Assembly: GCA_965207445.1 (NCBI GenBank)
Contig: CBDBLX010000002.1
Coordinates: forward strand, 1,335,849-1,399,848
DNA length: 64,000 nt
Reading direction: 5' to 3'
Origin: Nitrosopumilus sp.
GTDB taxonomy: Archaea > Thermoproteota > Nitrososphaeria > Nitrososphaerales > Nitrosopumilaceae
Below the pieces are notes generated by a model. The model was not told the origin of the DNA. It saw only the letters and a program-made list of their open reading frames with translations, and searched no databases. A program made the position numbers and the translations under genes. Shown here piece after piece: positions 1-10,810 of this stretch (positions are counted from its first letter, which is position 1; each line of letters opens with the position of its first letter).

Positions 1-292
1 TCATACCATGAATTCACACCAGCGCTAAATGTGCTCATGACACATGAGATCTACTGCATTATTTTCAATTCATGATTTCCTGTAAGACATAAGGGCCGGG
101 GGGGGGGGGGGGGTGTTGTTCAAACCATATCAATTCATCAACGAAACAAGTTGCTTATTATCACAACCGCGGATTCGATAAACATCCCAAGTCCAGCAAG
201 CGCCAGCATGAAGACTACGACAAAGCCAAACTTGCTCCAGAAAAAGTCAGTGACCGTTTTTTTAAAAGAAGAAAAAGTCATTTTCATCCTTC

Positions 293-1030
293 TCAGATCA
301 CTAGGAATGTAAACGCGTTGGGAATCTGGAACGCTTCGTCATCATAGAATGCATTGGCCGCTATGAAAAGCAGTGAACCCATTCCGAATTTATCGCATTT
401 CTTACCCATGGTACCTGTCGACGATGAAGTTACCTCATGTATGCATGCCTTTTTTGGATCGATGACGAGGTTGTACACGACAACAGTCTTGTCAAATGAT
501 GTGTTTTCACACTGCCCCACCATGCCGTCAGATATGTATGAAGGATAGACGCTTGTAGTCACGAGATACGACGAGTCGGTGTAGGCAGTTACGCTTCCAG
601 TAGCTTTTCCAAAGTCTGTGCTTTGTGTATGGCAGTTGGACCTGGTCTGTGAAGTCGTGGTGTATGTAGTGTACGTGTATTTCTTTTTGGACTGCGTGGG
701 GGCATCTGCATCGATCGTGTTTTCAGCTTCCGTAGGTACTCCTTCCAGCATTTGAGCGAGGAGCGCCTGCGCCTCGTCGGTATGGGCTTGGCCGTTGTTT
801 TCGAGAACAATCAGCTGTTCTGCAATACCCAGTCTCTCTATGATGGCTTCGTATTCGCCTTGCGCTTCGGCAGTTGTTGCGAAGTTGACTCGTTTCGTAT
901 ACTCTTCTTTTAGTTCTGCTATCTTGGTCAGTCGTATGTCTGGCTTTGCTAACGCGTTCCATGACATCATGGGTGTAGCAGCTAAGACTACCATTACAAG
1001 CAATGCAACCTTGATGACTCTTTCAGTCAT
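293..1030 (-). CDS. Secreted hypothetical protein (signal peptide, Cys-containing C-terminal beta domain)
   Basis: 245-aa ORF; N-terminal basic+hydrophobic signal ending ALA; TATA-like TTTAAA about 20 nt upstream; no family recognised. Confidence 0.6.
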   Translation of the reverse strand: MTERVIKVALLVMVVLAATPMMSWNALAKPDIRLTKIAELKEEYTKRVNFATTAEAQGEYEAIIERLGIAEQLIVLENNGQAHTDEAQALLAQMLEGVPTEAENTIDADAPTQSKKKYTYTTYTTTSQTRSNCHTQSTDFGKATGSVTAYTDSSYLVTTSVYPSYISDGMVGQCENTSFDKTVVVYNLVIDPKKACIHEVTSSSTGTMGKKCDKFGMGSLLFIAANAFYDDEAFQIPNAFTFLVI

Positions 1031-1079
1031 GGGTGAGCATGAATTTTTAAATTATATTAGTATGTCGGAACTAGGGTGA

Positions 1080-1142
1080 GTAACCGTTCAACCCCCATAC
1101 CTGCGCCAAACGTTAGGCGGTGAATTTATGCCTACGGGTTAC
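1080..1142. mobile_element. MITE-A copy (internally deleted), TIR GTAACCGTTCAA
   Basis: First ~55 nt nearly identical to copies at 25080 and 55508; ends GGTTAC. Confidence 0.75.
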
Positions 1143-1235
1143 CTGAAAATGAATTTAATTAATTATATTGCTGTGCTACCATGTATATAATTTCCTGATG
1201 ATCATATAGTATTACAATTCAAGACATTCATTTGA

Positions 1236-2702
1236 TTAAAGATAATCTGATATTGTGCGTTGTTGTACAAGGCGCATTGTATTGCTATGGGGAGTCCATA
1301 TGTCATGTGCAATATTTGTCACAGATGATGCACGTGATATTCCATCATGTATATTATTACATATAAGTGGCTTGCATTTCATGGCTGCTCGTACACCTTC
1401 TCTGACTTGCCATACACCAACTGGTATGGTGTATGCAGGTGTAATCTCTCGTAGCACCAACACACCTGCTTGTATCTTTTGTCTGTGTAAATATTCCAAT
1501 GTGGCGAGTTTGGCAGAATAGTATGCACCTGCCGTATTTACGGGTGGTTTGCAGACTCGAAGAGTCTCAGAGTCTGCTCCAAATGCAATTTGTCTTTGTG
1601 ATGAATGTTGAGTGTTGTTGTCGTCATTATCACTATTGTTGCTACTACCACTACTGTTGTTGTTGTTACTATTCTTACTGTTGCTGTATGTTTGGTGATT
1701 TAATTTGTCAGTGTACTTGGTACTATTTTTGCAGTCGCGTATCTTGATATTATCTGTATCGTGTGTGGCATCGCGCCCCACATCGCGCCCCACATCACGC
1801 ACACCCCCTTTATTCATGACACACTTTTCACCACCACTACCCTCGCCACCACCATCACCATCACCTGTAGACTGTGAATACCATGCTTCTACAAGCTCAA
1901 ACATCCACATATGTGGAAATAACACGATTGCAAACGTATTTCCAAAATGTGAATGCCAAAATACTTTACATGCATCAATAATGTCATATTGCCTCACCTC
2001 ATTTAACAACTGTGAGGATATTATAGAATCCGTTGCAGTGATACTCCACTTTGTTGGAACTAACTTTCGGTTATCTCCAATACCGAGCATTCCCATACTC
2101 AAAGAACGATATATTGAGGATACTGCAACACCAGATTCGTACAGTGTCATTATGGCATCTGATGCATGCATGTCAGTATCATAGTATGTATTTTGAATTT
2201 GTTTAGATGGTGTTGATGTGCCAGAAAATTTTACAGATTCTATCGTACCAACAGGACCACAACATATTGTATCATCATCAAATGCAAGACGATTTGCATG
2301 TGTTGTGTTTGAATGTACACCTCCATCAAATACAATATCAGAGTCAAGTGACTTTGATGATAGTGCAACATGTTGCAAGTCTTGAATATATCTACCCTCA
2401 ACATCATTTACCTTTATCTTTTTTGTACCACATATCATGCCAAAGCGCAGTCGAAGCACATCATTAAATGAAAGTGTGCCCCATTTTTCAGGACTGTCAA
2501 ATATTCTAGTGTCACCATGTATTGGAGGTAGCATGGGGCCGACTAAAACAGATGGATAATTATACGCGCCAACAAATACAGAAGGTGGCGTAGAGCCATC
2601 AATTGATTTTAGATCATCAAAATGCATGGATTGGTATTTTTTTGCAAGTACGTCGTGCCAATTTTCACCACTATGTGCATCTTTGATATCACATACGTTC
2701 AT
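1236..2702 (-). CDS. nreA: Nre family archaeal DNA repair protein with low-complexity insertion
   Basis: Motifs GSTPPSVFVG..YP.V.VGP, RKLVPTKWSITATD, GAYY..KL, PVGVWQVRE; C-terminal PIP-box-like QQRTISDYL. Confidence 0.9.
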   Translation of the reverse strand: MNVCDIKDAHSGENWHDVLAKKYQSMHFDDLKSIDGSTPPSVFVGAYNYPSVLVGPMLPPIHGDTRIFDSPEKWGTLSFNDVLRLRFGMICGTKKIKVNDVEGRYIQDLQHVALSSKSLDSDIVFDGGVHSNTTHANRLAFDDDTICCGPVGTIESVKFSGTSTPSKQIQNTYYDTDMHASDAIMTLYESGVAVSSIYRSLSMGMLGIGDNRKLVPTKWSITATDSIISSQLLNEVRQYDIIDACKVFWHSHFGNTFAIVLFPHMWMFELVEAWYSQSTGDGDGGGEGSGGEKCVMNKGGVRDVGRDVGRDATHDTDNIKIRDCKNSTKYTDKLNHQTYSNSKNSNNNNSSGSSNNSDNDDNNTQHSSQRQIAFGADSETLRVCKPPVNTAGAYYSAKLATLEYLHRQKIQAGVLVLREITPAYTIPVGVWQVREGVRAAMKCKPLICNNIHDGISRASSVTNIAHDIWTPHSNTMRLVQQRTISDYL

Positions 2703-2738
2703 AATTAATCAAACAATACACAGTATAAAATATGTAAA

Positions 2739-3803
2739 TCATGAGCGATCTGCAAGCCATGATCCGAGTTCAGGCAAGACACGCCTCTGAGACAGCGAAC
2801 TTGCAATCATTCCAACATGTCCTATTGGGTACATTCTCATTATCTTATCCTCACTACCAACTGCCGGATACAACGGCATACTGCACTCTGGCGAAACGAG
2901 ATGATCACCTACTGCAATTTGGACAAAGACGGGCATTTTTATATTTCTGAGATCGACTCTGGTATCACCCACACGCATCTTGTTTTGTACTAGTAAATTA
3001 TCTTGGTAGATATGCTTTATCCATTGTCTGAACAACTCACCAGGTATTGGAGGAGTATCACCAAGCCACTTTTCTACCCTCAGAAAGTTATCAACAAAAC
3101 GCTTGTTATCAATATTTTTGAAAAAATTGACATATTTTTCTACACCTTGCTCAAATGGTTTTAGTACAGAAAAACAGTAATACATGAACTCTGGTGGCAT
3201 ATTTCCAATAGTCTCAACTAGTCTATCTACATCAACATGTTTTGCTAGATTGCTGATTACCGTCGTATCTCGCCATCCGTCAATTACAGGTGCAGTAGCC
3301 ACATAGTTTTTGACATTTTCAGGGTGTAGTGCAGCGTATATGGTAGATATGGTGCCGCCTGTGCAGTATCCTTGAATTGAGACTGAATCAACTGAGTGAA
3401 TATCTTTGAGGTATTCGACGTGATAGTCCATATACCCGTTCACATAGTCATCAAAGTCTAGATACTTGTCCATATTAGTTGGTGTGCCCCAATCTAGCAT
3501 ATAAACATCAAAGCCTTGGTCTAGTAGATTACGCACCCAACTCTTTTCAGGATGAATATCAAATATGTGAAATCTATTAATCACTGCATATGTGATTAAT
3601 AGTGGTGTGGCATACCTTTTTTTGACCCGCGGTTTATAGTGTAATAGTTTGGTTTTGTCCATTTGAGATACGACTTTGTACGGAGTCACGTTGAGTGTGA
3701 TTTTATCGGGTGTTGATATCATGTTTGGTGCAGAGATTACGTTGCGACCAAATCGTAGCATATCCTCTAAAAGTTTTGGATCAACGTTCAGTTCAGATTG
3801 CAT
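2739..3803 (-). CDS. phaC: Class III polyhydroxyalkanoate synthase subunit PhaC
   Basis: Lipase-box GYCTGG, DVYMLDWG, catalytic D (GDHLV) and H (GHVG); adjacent to phaE. Confidence 0.93.
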   Translation of the reverse strand: MQSELNVDPKLLEDMLRFGRNVISAPNMISTPDKITLNVTPYKVVSQMDKTKLLHYKPRVKKRYATPLLITYAVINRFHIFDIHPEKSWVRNLLDQGFDVYMLDWGTPTNMDKYLDFDDYVNGYMDYHVEYLKDIHSVDSVSIQGYCTGGTISTIYAALHPENVKNYVATAPVIDGWRDTTVISNLAKHVDVDRLVETIGNMPPEFMYYCFSVLKPFEQGVEKYVNFFKNIDNKRFVDNFLRVEKWLGDTPPIPGELFRQWIKHIYQDNLLVQNKMRVGDTRVDLRNIKMPVFVQIAVGDHLVSPECSMPLYPAVGSEDKIMRMYPIGHVGMIASSLSQRRVLPELGSWLADRS

Positions 3804-3810
3804 ATATTTT

Positions 3811-5331
3811 TCAGTCTCTCTTGTGTGATTGGTATTTTTTGGTGATGTTGTTGTTTTTGTTTATGTTTTTGTTTATGTTGCTGTTATTGTTGATGGATTG
3901 CGTTGCGTTTTTTGTGTCTTTGTGATCGTTATTACTATGTCGATGATCATCATTACCATTGTTTCTATATTTCATATGTTTACTACTATCCTGTCTATGA
4001 AGATAATTTTTAACATTGTTGTAATTAGAGTCGTTTTGATTATTGTTTTTATTTTGCATGTTAGTGTTTTTTGATTTACGGCGTCTGCGTCTTTTTTGTT
4101 TTTTTGCAAGTGTGTTATGTCCGTCAGGTTGTGTGTTTGTATTTTGTGTGTGCAATTTGTCAGATGGTTTGTCAGATGGTTTGCCAGATGGTTTGCCAGA
4201 TGGTTTATCAGATGGTTTGCCAGATGGTTTGCCAGATGGTTTATCAGATGGTTTATCAGATGATCTGTCAGATGGTTTATCAGATGATCTGTCAGATGGT
4301 TTATCAGATGGTTTGTCAGGCAATTTATCACGCATTTGCTTCATCTTGCTATCTTTTGGTCTACGTCGTCTATTACGTCGATTTTTTTTTCGAGGATCAG
4401 AAGAGAGGCCATGTGCCGTGGGTGATGTGTTTATTGTATCATTTTTTTTAAATTTGTCATCAGATAAAGTGGTGGATTTTTGTTTATCAAGATTATGTTG
4501 TACTTTATGTAAACTAGCATGATCTATACTATTTGGTTGTATGTTATCTTTTTTGTTACTTTGTACATCTGATTCGTTATTTTGTGTGTGGTTTTTGTTT
4601 GTTTCACCACCACCACCATCATCACTCTTTATATCGCTAGCCGAATCAGATTTCTTTACACTGGAACTTTTACCTGCAAGTTCAGATGGTGTTTGCTTTT
4701 CTGATACACTTTTCTCCGATACGCGATTATCAATATAATTACTGTTCTTCGTGACACCGGACTTGTGACGTTGTCGCAATAGTTCAATTTCTGATGTGTG
4801 TATTCGTTTTTTTAGTAAATGGATCTCTTTATACACCTCATCAAGTGCTTCTTTGCTTGGAAGATTTGAAGCCTGAAGTATTGTATTTGTTATATTATCC
4901 CAATGTTTGACCAATTCCAACTCTTTTGAGACTAAATTACCATAATTTTCAGCAAATTTTATGGAATCGAAGAGTTGTGTAAAGTCATTATCAAATATGT
5001 CAATCCAAATACGCTTTAGTGAATCTGCATGTTCGGCATCATAACGTATATCAGATGTTTTTGCATTGACTTTATTTTGTGCCTCGCGCCACGTGTCGGC
5101 CAATTGTGAATAATAATTGGTTAAATATTTGTTAAACTCTACTAAATCATCATTCATCTCAATTAGTTCAGTTGCAACTTTTTTTGAGTTTGCAACAAAT
5201 GCCCTCATTGGGCCTATTGATGCTAGAGCTTGAGGTTTGCTTGACATGAGATGAAATATGTCAGTCCAAAACAACACAAGATTCTTGTAATATTCTGCAT
5301 TTTTTGCATCATCACTCTCTGAAGATTCCAT
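3811..5331 (-). CDS. phaE: PHA synthase subunit PhaE with ~310-aa basic disordered C-terminal extension
   Basis: N-terminal ~190 aa with WIDIFDNDF..LF.S..F and NLPSKE.LDEVYKEIH.LKKRI PhaE-type motifs; 7 nt upstream of phaC. Confidence 0.82.
   Translation of the reverse strand: MESSESDDAKNAEYYKNLVLFWTDIFHLMSSKPQALASIGPMRAFVANSKKVATELIEMNDDLVEFNKYLTNYYSQLADTWREAQNKVNAKTSDIRYDAEHADSLKRIWIDIFDNDFTQLFDSIKFAENYGNLVSKELELVKHWDNITNTILQASNLPSKEALDEVYKEIHLLKKRIHTSEIELLRQRHKSGVTKNSNYIDNRVSEKSVSEKQTPSELAGKSSSVKKSDSASDIKSDDGGGGETNKNHTQNNESDVQSNKKDNIQPNSIDHASLHKVQHNLDKQKSTTLSDDKFKKNDTINTSPTAHGLSSDPRKKNRRNRRRRPKDSKMKQMRDKLPDKPSDKPSDRSSDKPSDRSSDKPSDKPSGKPSGKPSDKPSGKPSGKPSDKPSDKLHTQNTNTQPDGHNTLAKKQKRRRRRKSKNTNMQNKNNNQNDSNYNNVKNYLHRQDSSKHMKYRNNGNDDHRHSNNDHKDTKNATQSINNNSNINKNINKNNNITKKYQSHKRD
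4156..4320. repeat. 12-bp coding tandem repeat (about 13-14 units, TCAGATGGTTTG-like) encoding (S-D/G-K-P)n
   Basis: Directly visible tandem array inside phaE. Confidence 0.9.
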
Positions 5332-5573
5332 GCGATGTCATATTTTAGATTCAATAAATACCTATACAGATTCATTTACAAATTTGAGTGATTAAGAATT
5401 GTATGATTATAATATGTAACTACTATCTAGATTTAGATTTGATAATATTTTGTGTGACAAGTCAGTATAATTAAAATTATCTATTTATATATGGTATTTT
5501 TAATCAGCATTTACTCATAGATTATGTTGCGCATAATAGTTATTTGGTTATCACATGTGGAGAAATAAGGTAA

Positions 5574-6284
5574 ATGCTGATGAGTTTAATAATGCATGTA
5601 ACGCTTATTGCCACATGTATTTTTGCCATATACTCTATGGCAAATTCAGTTGAGCTCCAAGATGCATATTCAACTCATATTTCTGTTCCTGTTGTTGTGA
5701 CAGTCGGTGAGAGTTTAGAGTACTTTTTTGATGATGATTTGATTATTTCCGGCTGGGTCGAATATAACAATAATCCCACTCCTGATGTACTGCTGAACAT
5801 AAAGGTCTTTGATCAGAATCGGATTCAGGTTTCTGATACTTTTGTGAATAGTGATTCTAATGGAGAGTTTCAGTATGTGTTTAGTCTGCCTGATGATAGC
5901 ATACCTGGCAACTATACAGTTATCATTACTAGCATGTGTTGGGAGCAGCACAGACAGATATGTGCGCACAATACTGCACAAGTTGTGGTAAATGTATCAA
6001 AAGATAATACACACATACCAAAGTGGGTAAAGATAGTTGCCAAATTTTGGGTTGATGGTCAGATCGACGATGATATGTTTACTCGAGCAGTTGAGTTTCT
6101 GATACAAAATAATATAATTCATTTAGGGAATTTAGATAAAAACACACATGATAAGAGTGATGATGTGCCAGATTGGATAAAGGAGAGTACCGGACATTGG
6201 GTCTCTGGTGTTGTATCTGATGACGAGTTTGCAGCAAGTATGAAATGGCTCATAAACAATGGTATTATATCTACTAACGCTTAA
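5574..6284 (+). CDS. Secreted thaumarchaeal protein: Ig-like domain plus two IPxWxK...W..G.I.D.EF repeats
   Basis: Signal peptide; IPKWVKIVAKFWVDGQIDDDMF and VPDWIKESTGHWVSGVVSDDEF repeats typical of Nitrosopumilaceae surface proteins. Confidence 0.75.
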   Translation: MLMSLIMHVTLIATCIFAIYSMANSVELQDAYSTHISVPVVVTVGESLEYFFDDDLIISGWVEYNNNPTPDVLLNIKVFDQNRIQVSDTFVNSDSNGEFQYVFSLPDDSIPGNYTVIITSMCWEQHRQICAHNTAQVVVNVSKDNTHIPKWVKIVAKFWVDGQIDDDMFTRAVEFLIQNNIIHLGNLDKNTHDKSDDVPDWIKESTGHWVSGVVSDDEFAASMKWLINNGIISTNA

Positions 6285-6383
6285 TTATGATCAAATATTT
6301 TATCCTTTTTAATTCTTATAGATTTTATGATTATGTTAATTTGTACATCTACTATCTTGTTTGCCAGTCACATTTTTACCCAA

Positions 6384-6424
6384 CACCCATACTTGCACAC
6401 CCATACTTGCACACCCATACTGCA
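6384..6424. repeat. 14-bp tandem repeat CACCCATACTTGCA x3
   Basis: Directly visible. Confidence 0.8.
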
Positions 6425-6522
6425 AAGAAATCTATACGTGTCTTTTTGTGGCGTTCAACGCTTATTTGAGATTCTGTGCGTGAATTATATGTTGATGAAA
6501 AATACTGGTGTTTGAACACATA

Positions 6523-8208
6523 TAGCGACGAGCATAAGTTTCTGTACAGTGGATTTTTGTGATTTCGTGCCTGAAATAATCACATGTGGTAAAGTCCAAT
6601 TGTGAAAACGTTACAGGAACCCACAATATGACTATTTTCATGTTCAAAATTATGGCAATATGTTGCAATATGCACAATCATACACCAAAGAATGGAATAC
6701 AATTCAAGATTGAGATGGATGACTACGATGTGTGCTTACGTGTAGCGAACCATGTTGAGAGAAGATGTACCTGAGTGATAATGCAATTTCATATTGCTAG
6801 TTTGTCTTTTTCTTTTTTGTTTTTGTTGTTGTTGCTATCGGGACAGTTATGTTACATTTCTTTGCTTCAGAACTCAGTCCACCTTCCAATCTGACTATTG
6901 GACGCATTACCCCTTTGGGCGGTTTTCGTTTCCAGAATTTGGTAAAATTATAATCAAACATGTATTCGTTGATAAATTTGAATACTGCTTCTTTGTGTGC
7001 ATCAACAGTTGCATATCTTATAGAATTGTTGATTGATAATTTGAGTACGCCCCACAGTTCCTCAACAGGATTTAGGTACGGATGCCCTACTGGATACCAC
7101 ACTAACATAATGTCTGGGTGGTTTTTGAAATATTTCATTGCATCATTTGAGGTGTGATATGTTGCTCTGTCAAGAACAAGCACCATCTTTCCAATTTTTT
7201 GGTACATACGATCAACATGCTCCAAAAATGAGACAGTGTTTGCAGTGTTACAGGAATTATAGAATAATTTTCCAGTTGATGTCATTGAACACATCATGCT
7301 GAATCTATGATGATTCCCACTCCAAAACGAGTATATGCGTACTCCCACTTTTGACCAAAACTTACGTGACCTCTCAGAATCTCGAATGTGTGATTCATCC
7401 ATTGTCACTATTGTGTATCCTTTTTTGCTAAACTTTTCTAGTGTTTTAAAGAGTCGATATCTCCAAACTCGAACAGTTGTCATCTTGGCACGATTGATCT
7501 CAATTGGTTCTGTCTTTTTCTTTGAGCACTTCCACTGTCTCATGTATCTTCGAACTTGTGTTATACTTAGCCTCGTACCGGACAACTCAAATATCTTATC
7601 AGATATTTCAATAGATTCAAAACCTTTGCCATCACACCATTGTCTTACTTTATCAAGTATGGCTCTGTCAACTTTTGTCGGACATCCTGATCTGGGTTTG
7701 TCTGATAATGCATCTCGAATACCTTTTGGTGTCTTTCTTGCAGCCTTTAATCTGTGCCACCACATTGAAACTGTTCTTCTATCGCAGCTGTGTTTTCGTC
7801 CAGTATCACTAAATGTACCCAAACTAAAAAACAAAATCAACATGCACAATCTGCGTACGACACGACCGTCTTTTTCGGTTTTTCTTATGTTCGACAACTG
7901 TTCAAGCCGGTCCATACCCTAGTAAATAATTTGATCATTTAAAACTTTCCTAAAATTAGGCACGCCTAAGCGTGCCGCAAAATTTTTGCGGTAACGCAGC
8001 ATATTTGTCAATTACAAACTAGCAAAGTATAAAGTACTAATTTCTTTGGCATGGTATACACATTGCGCTTATTACAATGCACACCTGAAATGTATCTATT
8101 CATATTAAAAACAGATGTAACGCTTTCAAAATACAATATTTTTACATATGATCTTTTCAGGCATAAAATCGTGTAAAATTGGTGTACATGGACTTATGCT
8201 CGTCGCTA
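6523..8208 (-). mobile_element. IS630-family insertion sequence, apparently complete
   Basis: TIR TAGCGACGAGCATAAGT at 6523 / ACTTATGCTCGTCGCTA ending 8208, extending imperfectly ~65 bp; TA duplication on both sides. Confidence 0.88.
6797..7915 (-). CDS. IS630-family DDE transposase
   Basis: DKPRSGCP HTH linker; MDES, VLDRATYH, LNPVEELW catalytic motifs; single uninterrupted ORF. Confidence 0.92.
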   Translation of the reverse strand: MDRLEQLSNIRKTEKDGRVVRRLCMLILFFSLGTFSDTGRKHSCDRRTVSMWWHRLKAARKTPKGIRDALSDKPRSGCPTKVDRAILDKVRQWCDGKGFESIEISDKIFELSGTRLSITQVRRYMRQWKCSKKKTEPIEINRAKMTTVRVWRYRLFKTLEKFSKKGYTIVTMDESHIRDSERSRKFWSKVGVRIYSFWSGNHHRFSMMCSMTSTGKLFYNSCNTANTVSFLEHVDRMYQKIGKMVLVLDRATYHTSNDAMKYFKNHPDIMLVWYPVGHPYLNPVEELWGVLKLSINNSIRYATVDAHKEAVFKFINEYMFDYNFTKFWKRKPPKGVMRPIVRLEGGLSSEAKKCNITVPIATTTKTKKKKTN

Positions 8209-8350
8209 TATATTCACTTAATACACAGATAAAAAAACGTCAATTGCGTTATAAAATTAAACAGTAACGTGGTAGAGTTGAACATGCAAATTAATAAAAA
8301 ATAGACTAGCAATGCAAAATATTTTTTAATGGCTCAAATATACACAATTT

Positions 8351-8932
8351 ATGAACAATGACAATTATGATGATGCTGATCCATTAAAAACCCCTGCACA
8401 ATCAAAGGATATCATAGTACTTGGTGCAATTAGACATGGAGTTACAAAGTTTAATCGCATCCAAAAGATGACAAACCTCTCACCAGAGGAACTCAACTCT
8501 ATTCTTGAGGATCTAGAGGATCGTGGGTACATACAAGTCAAGGTAAAGAAAGGCTGGCTTGGAACCAAAATAGAATTATACCCAACAAAATCAGGTATCG
8601 ACAAAGTTGATGATAGTGTACGAGAGATGCAGGCAAAATGGGGTCAAATGCAAGCAGTATACAAGTCTGGGGACAAGGGCAAGATGAGACAATACATGGA
8701 TGACAACAAGTCCATACTTCCAATGCTGTTGTTTTTTGGTGTTGTGGACATGATGATGTTCAGTATGATGTTCAGTATGATTGGTATGCCAATGTCATCA
8801 TACGTTCCTGCTGAAAGTATGCCTGAGGGAGCAGAAGCAGCAGGTGATGGTGGTGCAGAAGATGCAGGTGGTGATTATGGTGGTGACATGGGTGATGGTG
8901 GTGGTGGATTTGATTTTGATATTGGATTCTAA
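8351..8932 (+). CDS. Winged-helix (MarR-like) protein with hydrophobic segment and acidic Gly-rich tail
   Basis: wHTH pattern LSPEELNSILEDLEDRGYI; Met-rich hydrophobic stretch; GGD-rich C-terminus. Confidence 0.7.
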   Translation: MNNDNYDDADPLKTPAQSKDIIVLGAIRHGVTKFNRIQKMTNLSPEELNSILEDLEDRGYIQVKVKKGWLGTKIELYPTKSGIDKVDDSVREMQAKWGQMQAVYKSGDKGKMRQYMDDNKSILPMLLFFGVVDMMMFSMMFSMIGMPMSSYVPAESMPEGAEAAGDGGAEDAGGDYGGDMGDGGGGFDFDIGF

Positions 8933-9037
8933 TAATAACCACAATAACCATCGCAACCACAATAACCACAGCAACCATAACAATGCCAAAATATTGATAG
9001 TCAAAAACACCCATACCAACTATACATAATTGTACAC

Positions 9038-10159
9038 ATGATATCATACATGAGCGTAGCACACATGAAAAACATACAGGATAGCAATTCATACAAGAAC
9101 AACATGCATTACCACTCTACTGCAAAAAGTAATAATCTGCCCTCGATCAAAACATTGGAGTTTTTAAAATCACACAGCTCTGAATACTTGTCAGGGCGAG
9201 ACCTAGGTGATGTGCTTGGAATTAGTAGAGTTTCAGTGTGGAAACATATCAAATATTTAAAAGATATTGGATATACGATAGAATCAAAACAAAAAGTAGG
9301 GTACAAGCTTACCCAAACATGTGATGAGCCGTATCCGTGGGAAGTCATACAAAACATCAATACCCATACAATTGGAAAGAGCATACATTACTATGATACA
9401 GTAACATCAACTCAGAATATTGCACTAGCAATGGCTGATTCACAAACCACTCATGGTACTGTAATAATAGCTGCAAGACAGACATGTGCAAGAGGTAGAT
9501 CAAAAAAGAGATGGGCATCACCATACGGTGGCATATACATCTCTGTAATATTACACCCAGAATGCGATACATCAATCGCAACACTATTTCCGTTATGTAT
9601 AGGCGTGGCAATAGTAAAAGCCATAAAAGAGACGTGTAATATAACACCGCAACTAAAATGGCCAAATGATATCACCATACGTGACAAAAAAGTTGCAGGG
9701 ATAATTACAGAGGCCGAACTAGAACTCCATACGATACAAAAAATGTATGTTGGAATTGGTGTGAATTTTGATCTTGATACTGCTATTATCAAAAAAGAGT
9801 TTGGCCATACAATGGGATTTTATGATGCAACCACAATACTCAAAGAGAAAAACTTGCAAAAAGTTACAAAAAGTAAAAAGGTTAGCAAGATCGAACTAGT
9901 CAAAAACATCCTATCACATATAGAACAGATGTATGATATGCTACGAGCCGGGCAAAAAGATGTGATAATATCAGAATGGGTAAAATATACATCTACAATA
10001 GGCAGGCGAGTCAATGTTACAACAAACGGCAAACAAATAACAGGAGTTGCCACTAAAATCGATGACAATGGAATGTTGATTATAAGGCAAGATAATGCAC
10101 ACGGTCTTGGAGAACACACTGTGTTAATGACAGGTACATTGAGATATGTTGACAAGTAA
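9038..10159 (+). CDS. birA: Bifunctional biotin--[acetyl-CoA carboxylase] ligase / repressor
   Basis: HTH SG..LG..LGISRVSVWKHI; STQ, QT.ARGR..RWASP.GG, KWPND, KKVAGI motifs. Confidence 0.93.
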   Translation: MISYMSVAHMKNIQDSNSYKNNMHYHSTAKSNNLPSIKTLEFLKSHSSEYLSGRDLGDVLGISRVSVWKHIKYLKDIGYTIESKQKVGYKLTQTCDEPYPWEVIQNINTHTIGKSIHYYDTVTSTQNIALAMADSQTTHGTVIIAARQTCARGRSKKRWASPYGGIYISVILHPECDTSIATLFPLCIGVAIVKAIKETCNITPQLKWPNDITIRDKKVAGIITEAELELHTIQKMYVGIGVNFDLDTAIIKKEFGHTMGFYDATTILKEKNLQKVTKSKKVSKIELVKNILSHIEQMYDMLRAGQKDVIISEWVKYTSTIGRRVNVTTNGKQITGVATKIDDNGMLIIRQDNAHGLGEHTVLMTGTLRYVDK

Positions 10160-10315
10160 ATTATTTTGAATAAAGACTTTTTACAAATTCAATTATGGGT
10201 TATATCATGTTTATTGGCTATGAATCCTACTCTGTGGTAGTGGTCATGACATACTCTGTCCACCACAATCCATTTTACATCTGTCAATCGTTTTACCAAT
10301 AAAGATGTTAAATTT

Positions 10316-10540
10316 GCGTGAACCAAGCTCTTTGGACACAATAATGAAATTAATGCAGCCAATAAAAAACCCCCCCAAAAGAAAAAAGGACAATCAAAAG
10401 AAGAGTTAGCAAAAGATGAGAAAAAATACAACGAATCCATCAGGAAAATTCGAATCAAAGTATAGCGTGCAATAGGAAATCTAAAACATTTTTCATTGCT
10501 GCAAAACACATACATCAAATCTGATGATTTTCTTGACCGT
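10316..10540 (+). pseudogene. MITE-B end (35 bp) joined to C-terminal remnant of an IS5/ISL2-type (DDE_Tnp_4-like) transposase
   Basis: 10316-10350 matches 34395-34429 at 34/35 nt; then KKPP..KKKG..EEL..EKKYN..IRKIRIKV*RAIGNLKHF with a stop at the catalytic E position. Confidence 0.65.
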
Positions 10541-10810
10541 AACTTGTAGATTGTATCGGGGGTTAGTTAACCACCGTATGCTTTGAAATTCTAAAGAGAA
10601 AAAATTAAAGTTTGACCTCTGACCACTAATTAAGGATTCATTATATTGGCATGTTTTCATTTATTTTACATCTATAATAGATTATATGGCAATATGATTT
10701 TATATTGAAATTTACTTTGATTTTTATTTATTCTTATAATATATTGATTGTGCACAAGGTCTATTGTCTTTAGGTAATATTTTGAACTATCTATACATGC
10801 TACTATTTAT

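Noticed and set aside
98..113. Poly-G tract (also poly-C at 41077-41090) as a phase-variation switch
   Set aside because: Intergenic or inside a MITE, not in a reading frame or obvious promoter spacer; may be a sequencing artefact
3829..4738. Alternative-frame and antisense ORFs over phaE (NHLI, DGLS, QMVC repeats)
   Set aside because: By-products of the stop-free 12-bp tandem repeat
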